The notes: generated from the letters alone by a model not told the origin. A stretch of DNA of 32,000 nt from an uncultured archaeon (GCA_964354495.1 CAYHAA010000001.1:555010-587009); one strand, 5' to 3'; shown: positions 17,645 to 25,879, counted from the stretch's first letter. Numbers and translations are program-made.

Positions 17645-17980
17645 TCACCACCATACTATCCAAATGATACCAAGGACGACTACTGCAACTATTACAAGGA
17701 TTGTCATCCATTGAGTGCCTTCTGGCTCATGAGTCCTAATTGTGGACACTAGATTATGGAGCATTGTGCCATCCATGCTAGCTTTGGTGACTGCCTTACC
17801 CCACCTTTGTACTAGGTGCAGTCTGTACTCACATTGAAATTGAGTTCTAAGTTCAGAGACTTCTCTAAATCTTGAGAAGGACGTTCGTTCATCTTCTGTA
17901 AGCCGCAACTTGATTCGGTCGATAGTCTCGTACGACCCTTGAAAAGGGGCACACACGCAGAGGCGCAAGTTCCGAACCAA
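17645..17980 (-). CDS. Cas4-like nuclease, N-terminal half, with C-terminal transmembrane anchor
   Basis: VSELRTQFQCEYRLHL (Cas4 S-x-L..C..L pattern) and SMDGTMLH (GxxxH), followed by a 20-residue TM helix ending WW-stop. The start codon is uncertain (TTG 17980, 17968 or 17908). Confidence 0.7.
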   Translation of the reverse strand: MVRNLRLCVCAPFQGSYETIDRIKLRLTEDERTSFSRFREVSELRTQFQCEYRLHLVQRWGKAVTKASMDGTMLHNLVSTIRTHEPEGTQWMTILVIVAVVVLGIIWIVWW

Positions 17981-17990
17981 ACACTAGATG

Positions 17991-17999
17991 CTTTTATAT
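17991..17999. promoter_or_regulatory. Putative TATA box between the divergent Cas4-like and AbrB/ACT genes
   Basis: CTTTTATAT; reads TATAAAAG on the minus strand. Confidence 0.35.
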
Positions 18000-18063
18000 T
18001 CGAGTTTTGGATGAATTCACAAACAGGATTTCACTCTGGAGAAAAAGGGTGAGTGGTGATTAA

Positions 18064-18486
18064 ATGTCAGAGGATTCCTACGAAGGAGCAACAGCTGGAA
18101 GAGTACTCGTGTTTGGTAGTAGCGGTTCCGTAAAATTCCCAATTGCTTTCAAGAATGCTATGGGAACGGATCGCGGCTTGATGGTGCTCGTGCATAAAGA
18201 CCGACTCATCAAGATTTTCCCTCTAGATAGTCACGAGGTGCTCTTCTTGAGTCTCGAGATTGGGAAACTCAGTAATGACTTTCTCACAAAACTGTCCCAA
18301 ATCTTCAAGAGAGCTGGACTTGTCGATCTCCTATTCTCAACTGGGGTCTGCCTTCGAGGAACGCGGTGTTTCTACGAATGCTACTTCAATCCGAGCCAAC
18401 TCAGTTCCGATATGGATGAGCTTGAGAGTTCTCTGAAAGTTCTTGATGGAGTTCAGAGAGTTCTGATTCAGAAGGTAGAAGCATAG
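18064..18486 (+). CDS. Putative AbrB-like (swapped hairpin) plus ACT domain regulator
   Basis: N-terminal RVLVFGSSGSVKFPIAFKNAMG resembles the AbrB/SpoVT pattern; the C-terminal region (DFLTKLSQIFKRAG...LKVLDGVQRV) has an ACT-like pattern. Confidence 0.55.
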   Translation: MSEDSYEGATAGRVLVFGSSGSVKFPIAFKNAMGTDRGLMVLVHKDRLIKIFPLDSHEVLFLSLEIGKLSNDFLTKLSQIFKRAGLVDLLFSTGVCLRGTRCFYECYFNPSQLSSDMDELESSLKVLDGVQRVLIQKVEA

Positions 18487-18515
18487 GATCAGGAAGGCTT
18501 TCGTCTTCCTTCGTT

Positions 18516-19199
18516 TTGGCTCGAGGTGTATTCCTCTTGCAAGACATCATTCTCTTCATAACCGATATGATTAGTCAGGGGTATTTGGGACTTCTCATCA
18601 TATGTTTCATGATCAACATGATTCCCTTCCTGAGTCCCAGTAACATGGTTCTTGCAGGGGCAGCGGTACTATTACTCCCGAGCTTCAATCCCTTCATTGT
18701 TGGCTTTGTGGTGGCAATCTCAGCTACATCTGCAAAATTGATTCATTTCTATGTCGTTCGTGGGTCTCGTCTGGTCCTGTCGCAAGAACGTCTAGCATCT
18801 CTTGACTCAGAAAAACAGAGAGTTCAGAAATGGGGCCCTCTTGCTCTATTCATTGCTGCGGCTTCTCCAGTACCTGACGATCCACTCATTGTATATGTTG
18901 GGCTCACCAAGTATAGCTCTGTTAAGTTCCTATTCAGTTATTTTACTGGAAAGGTGGTCGTGACAATCCTGGGTGCATTGATAGGATATGGTGTTGGTGG
19001 CTATTTTGAGTCCATGCCCATTGTGTTGGCTTCAATTGCCCTGACAGTACTGATTACGGGATTTCTGTGTAAGAGAAAGACTGAGGGCGAGTCATCTGAC
19101 ATGCTTCAGACCATTCTTAAAGCGGAGATACAAGACGATGATGACACGTCAGAAGAAAAGGTGGAAGAGCCGGATAATTCTCAGGAAGATTCGCGATGA
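18516..19199 (+). CDS. VTT/DedA (SNARE-associated Golgi protein) family membrane protein
   Basis: INMIPFLSPS, ALFIAAASPVPDD and GLTKYS..F..GK are DedA-type motifs; acidic C-terminal tail. Confidence 0.8.
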   Translation: MARGVFLLQDIILFITDMISQGYLGLLIICFMINMIPFLSPSNMVLAGAAVLLLPSFNPFIVGFVVAISATSAKLIHFYVVRGSRLVLSQERLASLDSEKQRVQKWGPLALFIAAASPVPDDPLIVYVGLTKYSSVKFLFSYFTGKVVVTILGALIGYGVGGYFESMPIVLASIALTVLITGFLCKRKTEGESSDMLQTILKAEIQDDDDTSEEKVEEPDNSQEDSR

Positions 19200-19264
19200 C
19201 TCCGCTAGCGCACCTACTTCGGTAATCTTAAGTGACTAAGCATACACTCTCACGCCAATTCTAG

Positions 19265-19669
19265 GTGACAGGATTGACCGGAACAAGCATAGCTGAGATA
19301 GAATGCGAGAAGTGCAAGATAGTCTTCGAGACACAAGTGATTGAGCACATCGATCTGTCTGAAGATCGCGAGATTATCAAGGCGCTGAAGGTTGGCAAGG
19401 CTAATCGGGCTCAGTGTCCGAAATGCAAGAAAGTGATGTACTTGGACCGGAGTATTGTGGTGAACTTTGAACCAGAGAATCGAATTGTTGTATATGATCC
19501 GAACGCTACATCTCAAGAAGCCAAAGAGAGTCTTCAGAGCGAATACAACAGTATCATTGCCTTCAATGAGATTCTAAAGGAGATTGGAGCGGAAACAGAG
19601 TTTTCCATATTCTCTTCTCTTGATGAGCTCAAGCCTCTTCTTGATGAGTACGAAAAGACCCACAAATAG
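19265..19669 (+). CDS. CpXC domain (zinc-binding) protein
   Basis: CEKC...IDL...KALKVG.ANRAQCPKC...YLD, the characteristic CpXC layout. Confidence 0.8.
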   Translation: MTGLTGTSIAEIECEKCKIVFETQVIEHIDLSEDREIIKALKVGKANRAQCPKCKKVMYLDRSIVVNFEPENRIVVYDPNATSQEAKESLQSEYNSIIAFNEILKEIGAETEFSIFSSLDELKPLLDEYEKTHK

Positions 19670-19670
19670 A

Positions 19671-20747
19671 CTAGAGTCTTCTCTTGCCTAAGAGGAATTC
19701 CTCAACCCAGCGTTCTGCTCTATACATCGTTGTAGGCGTGGGCGGCATCTTGAAACCGTATGCAGAGATGGACTCAAGTGAACCTCCGATGCCTCTTTTC
19801 AGAGCCAGCTTCGTTCCCCTAATGGCATCTAGCAGGATAGGTCCAGCATTCGGCCCGTCTGTCACTTCCATTCTGATATCTATCTTGATTGGAGCACCAC
19901 CGAATTGACGCCCATTGATGTAGAAGAATGAATCGCGCCCATTATCCATGAAATCAACATAGTCTGATGACCCTGCAACAAGTGGAGCATCATAGGGCAA
20001 GTCTTGGCTTATTGCTTCGCTCTTTACTCCTCTCTTTCTCATTCTGCCTCTGTAGTGAGAGTCAAGCGATTCCGCACCGCCACCAACATCAAGCTGATAG
20101 CTCTTGTCTACCTTCACTCCTCTTGCGACCAGAAGCTGCAGAATACTGCGATGCAAGACCGTGGAGCCCAGTTGATCCTGAATGTCGTCACCAATGAGCG
20201 GGAGTCCCTTCTTCTCGAACTTCTTATTCCACTCCAGATCTGAAGCGATCGATATTGGCGTTCCGTTGATGTATGCACACCCTGCGTCGAGCGCGGCCTT
20301 CGCATAGTACTTGGTGGCCTCCTCTGCTGAACCAGGCAGGAGATTGACCAGGATCTCTGCACCTGCATCCTTGAGTACCTTGACAACATTCGCATCGGGT
20401 GCCTTGGAAAGACTCACGAGCGTCTCAAGCATTTCATCCACTCCATCCAACAATGGACCCTTAGCGACAATGACACCAGTCTTGGGAACCTTAGAGAACC
20501 GCATCACATTGTTGGGTTTCGCAAAGACTGCCTCGGAGAGGTCAAAACCGACCTTTGTGTCGGCAACATCGAAAGCTGCTACAAACTCGACATCCCTCAC
20601 ATGGAATCCTGCGAAGTCTGGATGAGCTAGACCGGGTACATCTCCCTCAGCCTTTACATCCTTGTAATACTCTACTCCTTGGACTAGAGCGCTTGCTACA
20701 TTTCCGACTCCAACAATTGCTACTTTGATTCCATCCAATGTTGCCAC
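19671..20747 (-). CDS. ino1: Myo-inositol-1-phosphate synthase family protein with divergent active site
   Basis: VAIVGVGNVASALVQGVEYY, FVAAFDV..KVGFDL, IGDD, DGPNA and FKMPP match the actinobacterial/archaeal Ino1 type. Several catalytic motifs are altered (see findings). Confidence 0.8.
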   Translation of the reverse strand: MATLDGIKVAIVGVGNVASALVQGVEYYKDVKAEGDVPGLAHPDFAGFHVRDVEFVAAFDVADTKVGFDLSEAVFAKPNNVMRFSKVPKTGVIVAKGPLLDGVDEMLETLVSLSKAPDANVVKVLKDAGAEILVNLLPGSAEEATKYYAKAALDAGCAYINGTPISIASDLEWNKKFEKKGLPLIGDDIQDQLGSTVLHRSILQLLVARGVKVDKSYQLDVGGGAESLDSHYRGRMRKRGVKSEAISQDLPYDAPLVAGSSDYVDFMDNGRDSFFYINGRQFGGAPIKIDIRMEVTDGPNAGPILLDAIRGTKLALKRGIGGSLESISAYGFKMPPTPTTMYRAERWVEEFLLGKRRL

Positions 20748-20780
20748 CTCTGGTTCTTTTCGGACTTCTCTTGTCAGTGT

Positions 20781-20810
20781 CTTATATACTATTCTATTGA
20801 TATAGAATAG
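20781..20810 (-). promoter_or_regulatory. TATA box of the ino1-like gene with an adjacent 9-bp inverted repeat (candidate operator)
   Basis: TATATAAG on the minus strand at 20788-20781, about 34 nt from the GTG; CTATTCTAT-tgat-ATAGAATAG at 20789-20810. Confidence 0.5.
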
Positions 20811-20867
20811 TTAGACAATCATTGTTGGGGAGGAAGAGTTTATGTTGGAATTCTACGTATTATTTCA

Positions 20868-21106
20868 GTGGACGATTGGCCGACACCATGTTGCTCCATG
20901 CGTCGTCGGTAGTCGTGGGAACGACGCAGATACGCTGTAGTGGTCTATGCGAATGTCCCGTCATGGGAGATTCGCCTCTCACCGAAAAGGTTCAGGGAGA
21001 TACCCGAATAGTGTGTTTAGCGAGCACCACTCATGATCAAAGAGAAAAGAGGGTGGACCTCGAGCCCCAAAAATGGGCACCAAAAAGGGGGTTGGCCTTC
21101 GTCCAC
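20868..21106 (+). ncRNA. Candidate structured non-coding RNA of about 240 nt, family unknown
   Basis: Long-range closing stem (20868-20875 with 21099-21106; 20878-20883 with 21092-21097), internal hairpins, A-rich loops, and a BRE/TATA-like GGAAGAG-TTTATG at 20832-20844. Confidence 0.45.
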
Positions 21107-22312
21107 TTATTGTTCTGACTGATTCTCCTCAAGTTGCTCCGACAGGAGCTCCATGATATCTAGGACTCTGATTCTACTATTGATGCTCTCCGCTCCTTCT
21201 TTCAGATTGTGTACGCAGAATGGGCAGGCTGTTGCCAGTATATCCGCCCTGACCTCCTCTGCAGTCTTCACTCTGTCAGCGGCGATTCTTCTGGCAAGAG
21301 ATGCATCAAACGAACGCAAACCTCCTCCTGCCCCACAACACATTGCTGCCTCTCTATTGGGGGTCATCTCCACAAGCTCTACGCCAGAGATTGCCTTCAT
21401 GATTTCTCTAGGCTCTTCGTAAACTCCTAGCGCTCTCCCCAAATGACAAGGGTCATGCCATGTTATTCTTCTTTGCCTGTCACCACCCTTGAGTCTCAAT
21501 TTTCCATCATTGATAGCAGATTGGAGGAATTCAACTGCGTGCATCACTTTGGGCATATCGAGACCAAAGCGTTCTGAATAATCCTCGCGGAGCGTCTTTA
21601 GGCATCCCGCACATGTTACGATGATTGTCTTTGCACCCGACTCATTGATCCTCTGCACCAGTCTTTCTGCATTCTCTCTTGCACTGTGAATGCGTCCTGT
21701 CCTTATCATGACACTTCCGCAACATGGCTCATCTTCCAGAACTGCAAAACTGTACCCAGCAGCTTTCAAGACCCGGGCTGTCGATTTCGCTATTTCTGTC
21801 AGTTTGAAACCTGCTGTACATCCTGCGAAATACAGGACGTCGCCTGTGCTTGGAATGTCAAAGCCTATCTCAGCCGCCCAGTTTCTCCGCGTCTGATTCG
21901 TTTCGGTGTATGGATTATTGTATTTCAGAATCTTATCCGCAATCGCATCACGTGACTTGTTTGGTATCTCATTGAGGACCTCTCGCACGGTCTCAAGGCA
22001 CTTCGCAGGATCGAACTCAGCAGCGCAAATGGCAGTGCAATTGCCACAGAGTGTACATGTGTAGAGGGCTTCTGCGTTCTCTGTCGTCTTCTCAAGTCTT
22101 CCTTCCAACAGGGCAATGACGACTTGTATTCTGCCTCTCATGAAGCTAGTTTCAAAACCAGAGGAGTTCTTCCAGACAGGGCATACTCCATCAAAACCCC
22201 TGTCTTCATAGACTGCATTTCGACATATGCCACACCTGCGGCACTGCGCGAGGTTCTCCATCAATTCATCAATATGAACGTCAGTCGTTGTCAGAGCCCT
22301 CCTAATGTCCAT
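21107..22312 (-). CDS. Fe-S oxidoreductase subunit (GlcF/HdrD-like; 4Fe-4S dicluster plus two CCG domains)
   Basis: CRRCGIC..CP, CTLCGNC..C, FAGC, PCCG, TCAGC, HDPCHLGR, MCCGAGGG and ACPFC. Confidence 0.93.
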   Translation of the reverse strand: MDIRRALTTTDVHIDELMENLAQCRRCGICRNAVYEDRGFDGVCPVWKNSSGFETSFMRGRIQVVIALLEGRLEKTTENAEALYTCTLCGNCTAICAAEFDPAKCLETVREVLNEIPNKSRDAIADKILKYNNPYTETNQTRRNWAAEIGFDIPSTGDVLYFAGCTAGFKLTEIAKSTARVLKAAGYSFAVLEDEPCCGSVMIRTGRIHSARENAERLVQRINESGAKTIIVTCAGCLKTLREDYSERFGLDMPKVMHAVEFLQSAINDGKLRLKGGDRQRRITWHDPCHLGRALGVYEEPREIMKAISGVELVEMTPNREAAMCCGAGGGLRSFDASLARRIAADRVKTAEEVRADILATACPFCVHNLKEGAESINSRIRVLDIMELLSEQLEENQSEQ

Positions 22313-22346
22313 ACCGACAAGATTCCATTGGGATTACGATCCTTCT

Positions 22347-23774
22347 TCATTGCTTTTCACTCACGTGCTCAATCCCCGGAATAACCCCTGGATTCATGAT
22401 GTTGTTGGGGTCGATTGCTTCCTTTAAGCCACGAAGGAACTCCAAGTAGGTCTCCATCTCTGTTATGCCATCAACCCAATAAGGTGCAAGTTTGAACGGA
22501 ACCGCACCTGTCTTAAAGAGGCGTTTTGAGAGCTCCTTATGAGCTGCACGTGCTTTGATTTCTTCATCCTTGTCTTGCGGGTCATAGAAAATCTGAGGAT
22601 AATAGTTGTATGATCCATGCCCAGACTGGAATCCGGCAGTGTGACCAAGCACGCCGAACTCGTCAAAGAGGGGCCACATCTCTTCGATAGTACGATGCCA
22701 CTGCGACGGAGGTTGGTGGTGGTAAAGGATTCGCCAATGCCAACCGTGGACATAGGATGACCTTGCGAGTTCTCGCATGCGGTCATTCCATTCTCCCTGT
22801 GGGAGTTCGCGGATACCAATAACGTGTCCCCCAACTCCTTCGCAGGCCTCTCTGGCAGCTATGACGTCACCTTCCAACTGATCCTCTCTTACCCTTCCTA
22901 TCACCATAGATACGGTAACAGGTGGCCATTCGTGCTTTGGGACTCCGTACTCCTCTCCTACCATCTCAAGAAAGAAGTCCAGAATTCTACCTTCATATAT
23001 CGCAATCCAGACCGTGCTCAGGTCATTCTGTTTCACTTCAAACACGAATCTCTCAGCGTCCTGGGCGCTTTGAAAGCCGTAGGTGTTGTAATCGAAGTAG
23101 TGCATTCTCTTGAAGGTCTTTAGAGATACTTTCGTGATGATTCCAAAGGCTCCTAGTGATCCGATGAACAATCCTGTCAAATCCGGTCCAAAGGCATATC
23201 GGAGGTATGGCCCTGGAGCGTTGGGGTTGGCCTCAGAGCCCGTTTGGATAATATCGCCATTGGGAAGAACCACCTCAAGACCCAAAACAAGCTCAGCAAT
23301 GCATCCAAATCTACTTGAACCAAAACCTGCTCCGTTGACTGCTACATTCCCAGCAATTGTCGCAGTCAGCGAGGAACCGGGATAGATAGGTAGCCATAGG
23401 TCATACTTGTTGAGGAACTTGTCTAGTCTTCCAAAGTTGATGCCAGCGCCAACTTTGACAGAACGCAAGTCTTGATAGATGTGGATGTCGTCCAGCCTCA
23501 ATAGGTCGATAACGAGACCCCCCTTCTTGGGAATGACCTCTCCCTGCAAGCTGGATCCTCCTGAGCGAGGAGTCACAGGTATCCTGTACTCATTTGCGAC
23601 CTTGATGACCTGTGAAACTTGATGCGTATCTGCTGGTCTCACTACTACTGCTGGTAGAACTGGTTCGTAGCTGGTAGAGGCCGACACTGAATAAGTCAGT
23701 AGTACATCCTTCTTCGTGCTGACAAATTCGTCACCTACGATGGCGACAAGCTTCTGCACGACTTCCTTTTTCAA
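22347..23774 (-). CDS. FAD-binding oxidoreductase (GlcD / D-2-hydroxyacid dehydrogenase / VAO-type fold)
   Basis: VTPRSGGSSL, ATIAGNVAVNGAG, GLEVVLPNG, GPDLTGLFIGS.G.FGIIT and IDPNNIMNPG. Confidence 0.92.
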   Translation of the reverse strand: MKKEVVQKLVAIVGDEFVSTKKDVLLTYSVSASTSYEPVLPAVVVRPADTHQVSQVIKVANEYRIPVTPRSGGSSLQGEVIPKKGGLVIDLLRLDDIHIYQDLRSVKVGAGINFGRLDKFLNKYDLWLPIYPGSSLTATIAGNVAVNGAGFGSSRFGCIAELVLGLEVVLPNGDIIQTGSEANPNAPGPYLRYAFGPDLTGLFIGSLGAFGIITKVSLKTFKRMHYFDYNTYGFQSAQDAERFVFEVKQNDLSTVWIAIYEGRILDFFLEMVGEEYGVPKHEWPPVTVSMVIGRVREDQLEGDVIAAREACEGVGGHVIGIRELPQGEWNDRMRELARSSYVHGWHWRILYHHQPPSQWHRTIEEMWPLFDEFGVLGHTAGFQSGHGSYNYYPQIFYDPQDKDEEIKARAAHKELSKRLFKTGAVPFKLAPYWVDGITEMETYLEFLRGLKEAIDPNNIMNPGVIPGIEHVSEKQ

Positions 23775-23800
23775 TTCCCGGCCTCCGAGGAAACCGGTTC

Positions 23801-24136
23801 TTAGAAGATATGTCTAATCTTCATAAGGTCTGATGCTGAACCCTTGACCTTGAGCTTTCGCTTCAGGAGCGCTGATGCTGCACTCGTTTCTTCTAAGAAG
23901 AGCTTTCGGATTGTATCTTCATCGCTCTCAATCTTCATATCCGGACTATCGATACTTCCCGAGTTCACGACGATATTGTTGTCTTTGACCAGGAAGTTAT
24001 ACTCTTTGCCTTCCTTGAGTGTCAAGAGTGCTGTTCGTTCCCATCCATTGATGGCCTCCTTCGTCTTCTCTCGTTGGAGCCCGTCCGCGATTTTCACTCG
24101 TATTAGTTCAAGCAAATCATCTGTCATGTAAATCAC
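23801..24136 (-). CDS. SCP2 sterol/lipid-binding domain protein
   Basis: PDMKIESDEDT...ALLKRKLKVKGSASDLMK, the SCP2 C-terminal signature. Confidence 0.85.
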   Translation of the reverse strand: MIYMTDDLLELIRVKIADGLQREKTKEAINGWERTALLTLKEGKEYNFLVKDNNIVVNSGSIDSPDMKIESDEDTIRKLFLEETSAASALLKRKLKVKGSASDLMKIRHIF

Positions 24137-24196
24137 TTCAGATTCATGCCGCAGTTCAGCGCGAGATTAAACTGTTTTCCTCCTCTAGGAGAGGTC

Positions 24197-24222
24197 TTCG
24201 ACACAACACGAACTCTGTCGAA
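24197..24222 (-). terminator. Hairpin just downstream of the eda stop; putative terminator
   Basis: TTCGACA (24197-24203) and TGTCGAA (24216-24222) form a perfect 7-bp inverted repeat with a 12-nt loop. Confidence 0.35.
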
Positions 24223-24225
24223 TAG

Positions 24226-24876
24226 CTATTTCCGATGAGCTTTTACCACATCAAGGAACTTCCGTACATTGTCGGTTATTATTTCATATCTGCCTTCCTT
24301 AATCGCCTTCCTGTCAGTGATTGCACTGCCCACCCCGAGCGCAAAAGCTCCTGCATCGATCATAGGTCCAGCTGTATCCAGCTCCACACCTCCAGTTGGA
24401 ACGAGAGGAATTTGAGGCAGCGGTCCTCTGATGGCTTTCAGGTACTCGGCACCACCGACATTTCCACACGGAAAGACCTTCACAGCATCTGCTCCCATTG
24501 TATATGCTTCGTAAATCTCAGTTGGCGTCAGTGCGCCTGGGATGACTGGTTTCGAACGCCCGATTACTGTCTCGATGAGATCCCGCGAGTAATTGGGGCT
24601 TACGATAAAGTCACTTCCTGCCTTTATAGCCTCAATAGCCATCTTGCCATTGACCACGGTACCCGTGCCAATCAGGACTTTGTTCCCAAATTGCTCCACG
24701 AGTTGTTTTACGACATCAATTGCTCCAGGAACACTCATGGTGACCTCAACGATGTTTATGCCGCCGGCAAGAAATGCATCAGCGACTTTGAACGCGACCT
24801 CTGCAGATTCCACACGAATGATGGGAATCAATCCTGTGTCATGAATATGCTTCAACGCTTTTTTCTTGTCCCACAA
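24226..24876 (-). CDS. eda: KDPG/KHG aldolase
   Basis: GLIPIIR, VEVT, IGTGTV, FIVSP, PGALTPTEI, Schiff-base Lys in VKVFP, and GPLPQIPLVPTGGV. TTG 24876 follows GAGGTGA. Confidence 0.93.
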   Translation of the reverse strand: MWDKKKALKHIHDTGLIPIIRVESAEVAFKVADAFLAGGINIVEVTMSVPGAIDVVKQLVEQFGNKVLIGTGTVVNGKMAIEAIKAGSDFIVSPNYSRDLIETVIGRSKPVIPGALTPTEIYEAYTMGADAVKVFPCGNVGGAEYLKAIRGPLPQIPLVPTGGVELDTAGPMIDAGAFALGVGSAITDRKAIKEGRYEIITDNVRKFLDVVKAHRK

Positions 24877-24883
24877 TTTTCTT

Positions 24884-25879
24884 TCACCTCTGGATTCGGA
24901 GTCCTCTCTCGCCACCCTTAAGTAACTTCTCCACCTCATCCTTGTAGACAAAGGCAAGGTCTCCTGGGACTGAGTGCTTCAGTGCTGAGAACGCTGATCC
25001 GAAGTCTACTGCCTTCTGAAGGTCCTTCAACATAAGATAGCCATAAATGAATCCTGCACTGCAAGAGTCTCCAGCTCCCAATCTATCTACTATCTCTACA
25101 TCGTAGACAGGACTCTTGAAGATCTTGCCGTCTGAATAGGCAAACACGGACCACTTGTTTAGCCACACTGACGGTGTTTCCCGCAGAGTAATGACTACGA
25201 CCTCGAATCCGAATTTGTCCTGAAGCTCTCTTGCCACGTCTTCGTAGTCCTTGCCTTCAATTCCATAGACTACCTTCGTGTCTTCCTCTGTCGTAATTAG
25301 GATGTCAATATTCTCAGAGGCTGGTTCCGTGAATGCCTGTGCCTCTTTTGGAGTCCAGAGCTTTCCTCGATAGTTCACATCATACGAGACCTTGCAGCCC
25401 TGCTTTTTGGCAATCTTCAATGCCTCAGTTGTTGCTTCAGCGCAGTTGCTGCTTAGTGCAGGTGTTATCCCACTAGTATGAAAGAGCTTCGTTCCCTTCA
25501 GGATGCTTGCCCAGTCTACGTTTCCGGGTCTGATCTTACTGATTGCAGACTCCTTTCTGTCGTAGATGACTCTGTTCGCCCTGGGTGCAGCACCGAATTC
25601 CACGTAATAGACACCACAACGATCTTCGGGACCCCAAAGTATGTGTGAGGTGTCGACTCCGTGTTCTCGAGCCTTATTGCGGATGAAGTGACCAATTGAG
25701 TTGTCTCCCAGTCTTGTCACATACGCAGTCTTCAGACCAAGTCTGGAGCACGCAACTGCAACGTTCATCTCGGCTCCACCTGCATGAGCATCGAAGCTAT
25801 GAGTCTGTTCAAAGCGCATGAAATCTGGAGGTGAAAGTCGGAGCATCACCTCGCCGAAAGTGACCACATCATAAGTCAT
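24884..25879 (-). CDS. kdgK: 2-keto-3-deoxygluconate kinase-like PfkB sugar kinase
   Basis: VVTFGEVMLRLSP, GGAEMNVA, VIYDRKESA, FHTSGITPALS, DVNYR..LW and DRLGAGDS. Confidence 0.9.
   Translation of the reverse strand: MTYDVVTFGEVMLRLSPPDFMRFEQTHSFDAHAGGAEMNVAVACSRLGLKTAYVTRLGDNSIGHFIRNKAREHGVDTSHILWGPEDRCGVYYVEFGAAPRANRVIYDRKESAISKIRPGNVDWASILKGTKLFHTSGITPALSSNCAEATTEALKIAKKQGCKVSYDVNYRGKLWTPKEAQAFTEPASENIDILITTEEDTKVVYGIEGKDYEDVARELQDKFGFEVVVITLRETPSVWLNKWSVFAYSDGKIFKSPVYDVEIVDRLGAGDSCSAGFIYGYLMLKDLQKAVDFGSAFSALKHSVPGDLAFVYKDEVEKLLKGGERGLRIQR

Noticed and set aside
16981-17980. CRISPR-Cas locus implied by the Cas4-like genes
   Set aside because: No direct repeat-spacer array, cas1, cas2 or effector genes are present in the window.
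20868-21106. RNase P RNA, SRP RNA, or TPP/cobalamin riboswitch identity for the structured element
   Set aside because: Only fragmentary resemblance (GAGGTCCACCC and GGAGCAA on the minus strand; GGTGCCC..GGGGCTCGAG; GGGAA). The invariant cores (GAGGAAAGUCC, SRP helix 8, CUGAGA, GGUGNAANUCC) are missing.
20822-21118. 98-aa + strand ORF
   Set aside because: No motif, TTG start, overlaps the stop of the Fe-S gene and covers the structured element; probably spurious.
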